Shown here: positions 52,688-64,000 of the stretch, piece by piece | How the letters are laid out: the number at the start of each line of letters is the position of its first letter | Position numbering within the stretch: position 1 is the stretch's first letter | Assembly: GCF_006345805.1 (NCBI RefSeq) | Contig: NC_043007.1 | Coordinates: 59,458,001 to 59,522,000 of the forward strand | Direction: 5' to 3' | Source of the DNA: Octopus sinensis | Taxonomy: Eukaryota | DNA: 64,000 nt | The notes under the pieces: model-generated | Seen by the model: the letters and a program-made list of their open reading frames with translations, nothing else | Told to the model about the DNA's origin: nothing | Databases searched by the model: none | Position numbers and translations under genes: made by a program

Positions 52688-52839
52688 TAATAATAATAAT
52701 AATAATAATAGTAAATGTACGCCAACACATACACACATGCACAGACAGACACACAAACATACACAGTAAAATCTTTTAATAATAAATGGAAATAGTAATA
52801 ATGATAATAACAATGGTAGTGGTGGTGATGGTGATAGCT

Positions 52840-55800
52840 GCAGGAAACGGGTGGAGCCTCCCCATGGGCTGATTAACGATACATCTAGTGATGGTGTCAC
52901 AATAAAAATACTGGTAACTGCGCAACCAGATAATCGCTACCTCATATGAGTGACAATGGAAAAACAAAATATTGTGAATAACAGTGGTAATGAAACTGAA
53001 GCCAATGATGGTGACAGTGTTACACCCGGTAGGCTCAGAAATTTTGATCCGGCTACAGCCTGTCGACATCTAGAAAGGGACCACCACACACAACGTAGAT
53101 TGAGCAAGCAAATTAATGCTGTGGTCACGGAGTGTTACTACCTGAGCAGCCCGGTAGATGAAAATGGTGCTCAAATTAGGGGTTACCGACAACGTATGTA
53201 TGATCATTGGAGAGAAAAGGAATTGTTTCAACTCACGGAACAGAGACTATGTGATCAAGCTAGAGCAATAAGAAAAAATTGTTGGTTCACAGAAGTGGAG
53301 CTCGAAGCTATCAAAAGACGGGTCATGGAAAATAGCAGCAGAGATAACAATGAAAATACAGTTCTTACTAATAAGAGTAATCTCATAGCACAGGAAAGGA
53401 GCTGTGGTAGTTTACTTGATGAGAGACATATAGATGGCATAAAAGAAGATAATAAAACTAATGGTGACATGACAGATGAAAAAAAGGCAATCTACGACAG
53501 AATAAAGGCAAGACTACAGGAGAACGATAGCGACATTATTTGCAACCTTAAAAAGGTTGATCAATGGAAATTGAACCAAGAAACGAAAACTGTCAATGAA
53601 ATTCTGAAATACATCAGAACAAACAATATCACAGAAACAAATAATTTGATCAAGGCAGCAAGTATTGTTGTAGCAGAAAACATGAGTGTTGATGTCAAGA
53701 AAAAGAAACATAATGGGAGTGACAAAAGAAAAGATTCATAATGGAAAAGAAGAATCCAGGCAGGGTTAAATATGCTCTCGACGGAATCTGTTAGACTGAA
53801 AAGAGAAAGAGGAGCTTAAAAGCGAATAAAAATACAGGAACAGCGCCTCGTTGCAAAGAAAGCAAAGATGGTAAGATACGACCAAAAAATGAAGGGTTAC
53901 CACCAGAATAGACTATTCAGAGTAGATCAGAAGAGATTTTATAAAGAAATAAACGGAAAGTGTACAGATGAAAAGTTGATACCAGATAACATTGAAAGTC
54001 AAAAGCTGTTGGAGTGACATCTGGAGCAAAGACAAGGAGCACAAGAAGGATGCTGAATGGTTGCAAGAACTGAAACAAACAGTAGTCTGTCCAAAACAGG
54101 CAGAACTAGTCATTTCAGTTAGGGAAGTGAAGAAAAAAATGAGCAACTAGAAGGCCCATGGATCAGATGGAGTTAAAGGCTATTGGATCAAAAGATTTGG
54201 TGAATGCCATGCACGAAAAGCTGCGTAGCTCAACACCTTGTTAAATGCCGACCAAGTAACACCACAGTGGTTGACATTGGGTAGAACAGTACTGTGCCTG
54301 AAAAACATCGAAAAAGGCAATACGGTAGACAATTACAGGCCGATATCCTGTTTGCCACTTATGTAGAAGTTATTGACTGGAATACTCACAGAATCAATCT
54401 ATGAAAACCTGGGAAAAAATGGAATCCTGCCACATGAGCAGAAGGGTTGCAAGCGTAAATGCAGAGGTACCAAAGATCAACTCCTGATAGACAAAAGTGT
54501 ACTTAGAGACTGCAAGAGGAGGAAAAGTAACTTGGCCATGTCATGGATCGACTATCGTAACACGTACGATATGATACCACATTTTGGGATTATGGAGTGT
54601 ATGAACCTATTTGGTATTGCAATGAATGTTGAGCGATTGCTTGAAAAAAGTATGGTGAATTGGAGGATGGACCTGTTAGCATAGGGAAGAAGTTTAGGGA
54701 CATTAGGAGGGGCATCTTCCAAGGGGACTGACTGTCCCCACTGATTTTTGTACTGTTCTTGATACCACTAACACTGATTCTGAGGAAAGCAAAAGCTGGG
54801 TATGTATTCAAAAGCCGCCAACAAAATGTCAACCATTTGTTATTCATGGATCACCTCAAACTTTATGGTAAAAATGAAGCCCAAGTCAGTTCCCTCGTTG
54901 AAACGGTGTATATCTTTAGGGCTGATATCAGAATAGAGAGTTCGGACTAAAAAAGTGTGGTGTATTAGTCTTGAAGAGAGGCAAAATCAAATGTATGGAC
55001 GGTTAAACGGTACCGTTGGGGGAAGTTATGAAACAGAAAGAAGAGACGGGCTATAAGTACTTGAGGATTTTGGAAATAGATAAATTGATGGAGAAAGAAA
55101 TGACAGAAAATTCAAGGTGGACTACTCGCGCAGACTGAGACTGATACTCGAAATTAAACGGACGGAATAAGATCGAAGCTATCAACACTAGGGTGGTTTC
55201 ACTCCTTAGATATGGAGCAGGGGTAATCGCATGGACAGTAGACGAATTAAACAACTTAGACAGAAAGACAAGGAAGTTGCTAGCTAGATATGGGTCACTT
55301 CACCCAAAAAGTGACACAGACAGACTGTATGCACCAAGGAAAGAGGGGATGCGAATACAGTATTAGAGCAGAAGAAAATATAGCATGTTATGTAAAAAAT
55401 GCCACAGAACCGCTATTATTAGAAGTAAGAAGGTCAGGCTTGTGTAGGATGAAAGATTGCAAAGATAAAACTCTATACAAGAAATTGAAAACAAATGAAA
55501 CTAAAAATAGGTGGGTAAAGAAAAGAATGCATGGTCAATTTCATAGGGATGTTGAAGATAAGACAGACAGAGAAAAAGATGGCTGTGGATGACTAAAAGT
55601 GATTTAAAACCGGAAACAGAGGTTCTAATCTGTGTTACCCAAGAGTAAGCACCAAGAACAAACTACATAAAATACAGACTAAACACAGTAGAAAGTGATA
55701 AGTGCAGAATCTGTGGACAAAACGGTGAGATCGTATGACATATTACCAGCCAATGTACGTCACTAGCCCAGAAGAGACGCCACGACAATATAGCCAGGCT

Positions 55801-56228
55801 TGTCCATTGGACACTTTGCAACAAGTATGGACTTGACAGAGCAAAAAAATTGGTACGACCACAATCCTGAAGGCATCGTCAAAAATAGAAATGCAAAGAT
55901 CCTATGGGATTTTATGATTCAGTGCGACCATGAGATAGAGAATAAGGTTAGCTTGGGAAGTTAAGCAGTTGTGGTCGATGAAAAAGGTAGCAGTAGTACC
56001 AATAATTGTCGGAGCCGTGGAAACAGTGAGCAAAAATCTCGAGAAGTACGTAGAACAAATAATGGCTGCAATAAGGGTGGTGCACTTGCAGAAAACAGTA
56101 CTGCTTGGAACCGCTCGAATACTCCGGAAGGTGCTCGAAAAATAAGAGGTGTTACCTTAGTTCACTGGTAGTGAACAGCTGACACCGTAGTACATCTCCA
56201 GCGTTAGAAGCTGTGCAAAGGCAATGGT
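52840..56228 (+). mobile_element. Near full-length decayed R4/Dong-clade LINE
   Basis: N-terminal ECYY.S.P...GYRQRM...TEQRLCDQARAI region, RT (QKGCKR, WIDY, HLLFMDHLKLYG), DKCRICGQ...HITSQC, ILWDF and GTARILRKVL. Ends in (TAA)n at 56229-56279. Many stops and frameshifts. Confidence 0.92.
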
Positions 56229-56246
56229 AATAATAACAGCTACAAC

Positions 56247-56279
<33 letters not shown>

Positions 56280-56284
56280 TCTTT

Positions 56285-56480
56285 TTACTATAGGCTCAAG
56301 GCCTGAAATTTGTGGGAGGGGACAGTTGATTATATCGACCCCAGTGTTTCACCGGTACGTAATTTATCGATTCTGAAACGATGAAAGGCAAAGTCGACCT
56401 CGGCAGAATTTGAACTCGGAACGACGAACGAAATACCGCTAAGCGTTTTGACCGACGTGCTAACGATTCTGCCAGCTCGG
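56285..56480 (-). mobile_element. SINE, family C
   Basis: Reverse complement of the 10077-10290 type (gatgaaaggcaaagtcgacctcggcagaatttgaac...ctgccagctcg). Confidence 0.85.
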
Positions 56481-56482
56481 TA

Positions 56483-56505
56483 CCTTACTACTACTACTAC
56501 TACTA

Positions 56506-56545
<40 letters not shown>

Positions 56546-56547
56546 AC

Positions 56548-56603
<56 letters not shown>

Positions 56604-56728
56604 TAATAATGATAATAATGATAATAATAATAATAATAATAATATTAATAATAATGGTAATAATAATAATAATAATATTAATAATAATAATAATAATAAT
56701 AATAATGACAACAACAACAATAATGATA
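56483..56728. repeat. (CTA)n then long (TAA)n array
   Basis: Visible directly. Confidence 0.95.
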
Positions 56729-56729
56729 G

Positions 56730-59560
56730 AGAACTACATCATAAACTCTCAAATACAATCCAAAATAGAAAACAAATTAAAATTGAGAACTATATAACAA
56801 AAGAAATTATACAAGGACTAAAACCAGATCTCACTGAATTAAACGAAATTATTTCTACAAGTGCTAAGACAATTGAAACCAGTTGTATGCCTCTGAAAAA
56901 AAAACAAAGAAATAGAAGCCCGAGAATTCCAAACTGGAAAAGTAAAATTGAAAAAGAGATAGAAATAATGAGCTAATCTGTGGAAACGATGAAAAAACTA
57001 GAAAAAGAATAAAGATGAAAAGAAAATATAGATTCTCATCAAGAGAAAAACTACTTTCAGCAAAAGAAACACCGCAACAAAATATCCAAGCAAAAGCTCA
57101 AAGAATTCGAAAATTTGAGAGGAGAAACAAATTTTACAAGCAAAATAAGGTACCAAATTTCTGGCCTGCATCGCTCTTGTGCGCACACGAAAAGTTAGTC
57201 CAGTTATCCAATGAAATTATGAGAGATCCTATGAAAACACCTGCTTGGTTAGCAAGAGGTATTACTTACCTACTCCCGAAGAATAATGAAACCAAATTTT
57301 CCCAAAATTATCGGCACATAACGTGTCTATCTACCACGTATAAAATGTTAACATTCATCCTCGTGGAGAAAACATAAAAAATTATGGAACAGAATGATAT
57401 TTTCCCTCACTGATCAAAAAGGGTGCCGACGAGGCTCACATGGATGCAAATACCAACTCTTATGTAATCGCATAATCCTTGAGAACTGTCATAACAAACG
57501 CAGAAATCTCAGTTCCACATAGATTGATTATGAAAAGGCCTTTGACAGCATACCGCATTCATGGATCTTGAAATCGCTGGATATCTTCAAAATTTCTCTC
57601 GTGATTTCAAACTTACCGAAGCACAACATGGCAGTGTGGAATAAGAATCTCTTATTATACCACTCTAATGGAGTATTGATCACAAAAGGTATTAATATCA
57701 TCTGCGACATTTTCTAAGGTGACTCATTTTCACCTTTAATTTTTTGCATAGCCCTAAGACCCCTTACTAGTGAGCTTAACAGAACAGGGTATGGATATAA
57801 AATTGGCGACAAGAAAATATGTAATCTATTTTATATGGATGACTTAAAACTCTATGGCAAAGACGAAAATGAGCTTGAAGGACGACTATGTACAGTAAAA
57901 GCATTTCAGCGATGACATTGGGATAGAATTTGGTCTTGATAAATGTGCCAAGGCCACTTTTCAGAAAGGGAAATTGAAGAATTCACATTCAGTGGTATTG
58001 GATGTCATAATAGAACTCGAGTAGGAATAAACTTACAGATACCTCGGAATAAATGAGGGATCTGATATTCAGCATGTAAGCATGAAAGAGAAGGTCAGGA
58101 AGGAATGTAACAGGAGAGTTCGAGCAGTCCTAAAATCCGAATTCAGTGTACGTAACAAGGTGTTAGCTATAAATTCCTTAACAGTTCCGGTTGTTAGTTA
58201 GTTTCAATGGGTTGAACTAGAATATGAGCAAAATAAGGAAGATTTACAGGAAAATCTGTAAGCTGCTGACCACCCAAGTGCAGACACAAATCATCTTTAC
58301 CTACCCAGTGCTCAAGGAGTTCAAGGTTTGATCCAATTTGAAATCTCTTACAAAACCACCACAACTGGACTGGCAAAATACCTTGAAACACCTAACAACT
58401 AGATACTAAAGCTCGTTGAAAACTAAGAAAGACATAAGAAGCTTCATTCTGTTATGAAGGAGACGAAAAATTTTCAAGTGTGTTCATGAATAATACCCAG
58501 GTTGAACCGCACGATAAAAATGCAGCAACTGTAGTTACAAAGCTGAAATCAATTGCAAAACAAAATGCTGATAGGTAGGAACAAAAACATCTGCATGCAA
58601 ATATGTGGACCGTGACAAACAAGACCAGAAGCACACCCATCAGTGACTACGAAGCTCAGGGCTAAAGGCAGAGAGTGAAGGCATTATCTTAGCTGCCCAA
58701 CATCAGTGCTTATTGGCTCGGAACTATCAAGCCAATATGATGAAAAATGATGTAGACCCAAATTGCCGATACTGCAACGATGGGATTGAAACAGTGGACC
58801 ATCCAATCTCTGGGTGTAAGATTTTAGCACTTGTAGAGTACAAATCAAGATATGACAGAGCTGGAAATATCTACATTGGATAATGTGTCGGCATTATAAA
58901 ATCAGAACTGCTGACAGATGGTACAAGCACTACCCTGAGGCTGTAACTGAGGGAGAAAATGTAACGATTCTTTGAGACTTTCCAGTATGTACTGACTGGA
59001 CTATCAAAGCAAATAAACCATATATTGTGGTGAAAGATCAAAACAACAAAGTCTGTTTATTGATTGACATGAGCATATCCCGTGATCATAATATCTCGGC
59101 AAAAGAATTTGATAAGCTCAGGAAATATAAAGATTCGCTAATCGAAATCGAAAAGATGTGGCATCTCAAGACGGTTACAATACTAGTGATTGTAGAAGCA
59201 CTTGGAATGATAAAAAAAGGAACTGAAAATTATTTAAGAATGATCCCTGGCTTACCATCCATGTAGGAAGTGCAAAAGATTATCTTAACTTGAACATCAC
59301 ACGTATTGAGAAGAGCATTGTCACTGAATTTTCTTTCCTTTTTCCCTTTATTTTCTTTGTTTATTTTTAATTTTAAAAATTTTATTTTTTCTCTCTGTCT
59401 TTCTTCCCCTTTTCTCTATCAAATGACTTTGTAAATGAACTATCTGGTGCGTTTATTTTAATGGCTTACCTATGTATACAGTGCGTTTCTCTGCCCTAGG
59501 TCTCAGGAAGACACTCGGAAAGAAACAGAAACAAAATTGAAAGAAGATGATAATGAAAAC
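56730..59560 (+). mobile_element. Decayed, 5'-truncated R4/Dong-clade LINE (same 3' family as 52286-52687)
   Basis: NYRHITCL, QKGCR, DYEKAFDSIPHSW, LFYMDDLKLYG, CRYCNDGIETVDHPISGC and ANKPYIVV...EFDKLRKYKD. The 3' UTR is shared with 52595-52675. Flanked by TAA-rich tracts. Confidence 0.92.
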
Positions 59561-59733
59561 AATAATACTAATAATTTATTTTATTTGTCACCAGGGCGAA
59601 GGATGAGGCAAAGACAGAATAAAGTGTGGGGGCTTACATATAATGGAATGATGAAAAAAGAAGGAAAAGTATACACGGTATGTATTAAAAAAGGGAAGTA
59701 TACGTAGTATACGACAATAAGAAAAATAAAATA

Positions 59734-60095
59734 AAATGCCCTGATGTAGTACCAAGTAGTGGCTCTCATGGCTTCTGATCTTAACTGATTGAGCTACAAC
59801 AAATATTTCGCTTAATACCACAGATTTGCTTGTCAGCTACTTGACTGTAACCAGGTGAGCATGTCCCTCAGTGGCTGAAGTTATGTGCATCTCTGATCAC
59901 GAGCAGAAGTAGTGGAGGAACATCATAACCATGTGTTGAGAGGGATTCTTTGGCGTTTGAATAATTCACATTTAGAAGCATGGATGTTTCGTTCATTATC
60001 TTTAAACAATCCTTACTCAGGAACCTTCTGAGTGGGATGGGCTACTCGACCTGAAGAAAATTCTAACTGGACCTCACTTGCAATTCATGCGCATG
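59734..60095 (+). mobile_element. SINE-like repeat, family D
   Basis: aaatgccctgatgtagtacc...gatcacgagcagaagtag...ctactcgacctgaagaaaattctaactgg. I recognise it as a common octopus-type interspersed repeat from memory; it is the only copy in the window. Confidence 0.5.
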
Positions 60096-60210
60096 TGGCT
60101 GGTATACTCTTATCAGACGGGTAATCATGATGGGTATATTGGGCTTCGTATATTTGTGTCACAGCGTCACTTTCATGGCGTGCGTTGCTCTCCCACTCAC
60201 TCACTCACTC

Positions 60211-60242
<32 letters not shown>

Positions 60243-60517
60243 TGATGATGATGATGATAATAATAATAATGGTTCTTCATATATATAATTTACACACAGA
60301 TACAGACACACATATACTCACGCACACATATCAAACGAAATTTAACAGCGAAATCAGTAGAAAGCTGGTGCTGATCAAAAGATCGATATGAAATTAGAAC
60401 AAATAAACAAATTAGTAAATAGATAAGTAGGTAGATAGGTAAATAGGTTAATAGGCAGAGAAGACAGTTTAATGGACAACCGATTAAATAGGGAGCTCTC
60501 TCTCTCTCTCTTTCTTT

Positions 60518-60561
<44 letters not shown>

Positions 60562-61074
60562 GTATGTATGTATATATATATGTATGTATATAAATGGATA
60601 TATATGTATGTGTGTGTGTATACATATATTATATATATATATACAGTATATATATATATATATATAAAAATCGATATCTATGAATGCGTGCATGAATATC
60701 AGTCGATATATTAGTAAGTTGCTTTTGTTTAACCATAGGTTGTAGTCCTGCTCAATCGGGCCTGTGATTATAATTTCTCCAACTGCTCACATTCCACGTT
60801 TTCTTTTGTCTCGGTGTATCAAGATTTTAGAGCATTCGTTTTTCAGGCAGTAGTGTGTCATCAACAAAAACTTTGGCTGCAATTTCTAACACATTGAGTA
60901 ACGCATAGTGCTTCTTAGTTAAATTCAGAAGCGCCAGGTGGCAGTCAGATGAGAGTAAGAACTCAGAGCGTGGGGTTATTGGAGTTGTAGGCTTCGTAGG
61001 CTGCTATGAATCTACTTAGATGGTAGTTTCTCTTCTGAGATAGGTGCATTTATTTATCTTTTATCTTTCAATTG

Positions 61075-61301
61075 TTTCAGTTATTAGACTGCGGCTATGC
61101 TGGAGCACCACCATTAAAAAAACTTTTTAGTTAAATGAATCGAACCTAATACCTTTTTAAAGCCTTCTACTTATTCTATCAATCACTTTTATCGAGTCGC
61201 AAAGTTACAGGGGCGTGAACACACCCACACCGGTTGTCAAGCAGTGGTGGGGGACAAACACAGACCCGAAGACATACATACATATTATATATATGAAGAA
61301 C

Positions 61302-61382
<81 letters not shown>

Positions 61383-61383
61383 C

Positions 61384-61441
<58 letters not shown>

Positions 61442-61732
61442 ATATACAGTATATATGTATATATATATATTGGAAAATATGTTGAAAATGCACCTAAATT
61501 TCAAAAACTTGTAAATGTCTAAAATGCATTTGTTTACATATATACCAAACTAGTTTCGACAATATTTTTTGTTTATCAATGGTAAAAGTTTAAAATTAGA
61601 AAAAACATCTTTAAAAGTTTCAATGTTGACAAACTAAAATTTTAAACATTTACGAGTTTTTGAAATTTAGGTGTATTTTTAACAACACGTTTTCCTATAT
61701 TTTTTTCCTGCATGGAAACAACCCCCCTATTT

Positions 61733-61807
<75 letters not shown>

Positions 61808-61960
61808 CATGCTTATTTCAGTTTCCGTCTACCAAATCTACTCACATTGCTTTGGTTGGGCTGAGGCTATAGTAGAAGACACTTGCCCAAGATGCTATGT
61901 AGTGGGACTGAATCCGGAACCATGTGGTTGGGAAGCAAGTTTCTTATCACACAGCCACAT
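61075..61960 (-). mobile_element. SINE family A stretched to ~880 bp by an expanded internal microsatellite and a nested inverted-repeat element
   Basis: The tail half (61075-61265) and head half (61811-61958) are collinear with family A. They are separated by (TAT)n, (TA)n, (TG)n and the element at 61463-61702. Confidence 0.75.
61463..61702. mobile_element. MITE-like inverted repeat (~75-bp arms)
   Basis: ggaaaatatgttgaaaatgcacctaaatttcaaaaacttgtaaatg versus catttacgagtttttgaaatttaggtgtatttttaacaacacgttttcc. Confidence 0.75.
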
Positions 61961-64000
61961 TTTAACCTTTTGTTTTTGCTCACTTTGTTTCACATTTTTC
62001 TTTTTATTAAACCCCCATTTACTCTACAGGTCGGGGCAAACTCCACTTTGCGTCACCATTCTTGATAAATATTTTAACAGCAAACACACAATGTGCACCG
62101 TCCAAACTATGATGGCAACTGAAAATAAAACGATAATGCATTAGCTACACGGAGACATCTTTACCGCCCACTTAACCTCACAAGCGCCACACCAGAGGTT
62201 GTGTGAAATATAGTATGCTGGAAATAATATTTGGGAAGATAATTTGCGGGACTGATGTAATTTTTCGCGATGTCGATTCCAATGAACTAGGACTTCTCAT
62301 AACAGCTTACATACGATAATGAGAAGGCAAACAATTCGAACACACGTGAGAATCAACCATTTACACGAAAACCTGTTAGAAACGTCATTCTTATGTCATA
62401 ATGTTTGTTGTTATGTGTTATATGTCACCTTTCATCCCTTCAGGGTCGATAGAATAAAGTGCTGGCGAAGTAGTAGGGCCATTCGTATCGACTAAACTTA
62501 GTCAAAAAGTTTTTGACCGTGTACCTACATTAAGAACCATTTTCTATATCTCTAATCAAGTACTGACGTCGATTTAATCGATTTCATACTTCTTCACGAT
62601 TAGTGGTCATCTATCAATGAGAGAAATCAATATATGAATCTCAAAGTATTGTCAATAATTTTATTTAATGAGATCCATTTTACTTCTTTTGTAGTTGGTA
62701 TGGGGTTGAATATTTATTGAATGTTTATTGAGTATTTATTGAAAACAGATATGTTATACGAGAGACGTGGTAGCATCTAGGTTAAATGTTGATGAAACAC
62801 TCTCTCCGAAACGTTGAATACTCTATTCCCACGACAATATCACTGTACTCTTGTTACTTTTTCTAAATGATAAAGTTTTGGCAACGCAGGCCATCGCCAG
62901 CTTTCTGTTTTCTTAGATACTGATTTGCAAGCTTTTCTTTCTAAAGACGAAATGATTGCGAGCACTGTATAGTCGTTTCTGGCAAACTAAAACTCTTCAT
63001 AGTCAAGTTAACCGTTACTCAAGAATCAATCTGAAAATTTAGCTTGTACTAAACTAGGGTCCAACGCAAGGGAGACTTGATTTTCGTTCGCATATAGTTT
63101 CACTAAAATATGACCTGGTCATCCAAGTTAGCATTGATGAGTTCATATCAATATTCGCTAAGCAGCAGTGAGACATTGGTGGATCTCCGATGTTCGGCGA
63201 TGAGGATTCAGATTTTCAATTAACTGAATTATCTGTTCTTGAATGAACGCGCAAATGGCTGAGCATTCAACAGAAACGTGTACCCTTAATGTAATTCTCA
63301 AGTAGAATCAGCATGACATGGGGCCTGACAAGGCCGTACCTTTTGAATTACAGGTACAATCCATCTGACAGGCTTCTATACAGTTTCCGTTTACCCAATT
63401 TCACTTACAAACTACTGGTCGACTTAAAGCCAAAGAAAATGATATTGCCCCAAGATGCTACTTAATGGGATCGAACTCGGGACCAAACGGTTCCGGAGAG
63501 ACATTCTTAACTATTTGGCCACATTGCACCTACACTGGGCATTATGTCATTAACTTAATTCCTTAAATACTTTATAGTCGTTGCATTTACTGATGAACGT
63601 TTTTCCGGTAAAAGTGGTGGCTATCACAATTAAAGCTGATATTTGAAGCATCAAGATTGATACTCACAGTGAAAATTATGTACAAATGATGAAGCAATTT
63701 CACTTTAATAATAGTGAAAACTTAAAGGGAAGAAGTTTAAAGACTATGTTCTTTCTGAAGTTATTTTGTGGCGTCATCATTAGTGACTCCATTTATTGCG
63801 TGTTCAAAATGTATCCGATATAATTTCTTGTATTTCAGAATCGTTAAACCTAGAAAATAACACTTAGAGCATTCAACGTCATTTTTAAATACAACAATAA
63901 CTTCTTTCTGAGAAAATATCGGGAATTGTAAAGGGCGTGATAATGGTGATGCAAATGATAACGATAATAGTGGAGGTGGTCGGAGCGGTGATATTGTGTA

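Noticed and set aside
62020-62150. Pyrimidine tract plus AG (tttactctacag|gtcggg) as a plus-strand exon start
   Set aside because: The downstream frames close quickly, and there is no matching donor or recognisable peptide.

Overview
This is eukaryotic, AT-rich, microsatellite-saturated non-coding DNA. The repeat landscape ((TATC)n, (CA)n, (TATG)n, (TAA)n and several tRNA-headed SINE families) looks like an octopus or other cephalopod genome; that is an inference from recalled repeat families, not a database hit. I cannot support any host protein-coding gene. Nearly all long ORFs in the track are microsatellite translations or transposon remnants, and the one weak exon candidate is at ~9.85-10.07 kb. 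The only clearly intact host gene is tRNA-Ala(UGC) at 13051-13122. Mobile DNA includes a full-length but frameshifted Tc1-type element with DD36E spacing (39167-40412), two mariner remnants and a hAT MITE. It also includes an 859-bp foldback element with an 8-bp TSD and internal (CCCTAA)n/(TTAGGG)n arrays, and remnants of Ingi/Vingi, RTE, CRE and Penelope-like retroelements. A ~15 kb nest of R4/Dong-clade LINEs sits in (TAA)n tracts at 44.4-59.6 kb. The most unusual patterns are the telomere-repeat foldback element, small inverted-repeat units built from minimal hammerhead-ribozyme-like motifs (17.8-26 kb), and a ~570-bp local copy inserted into a LINE.
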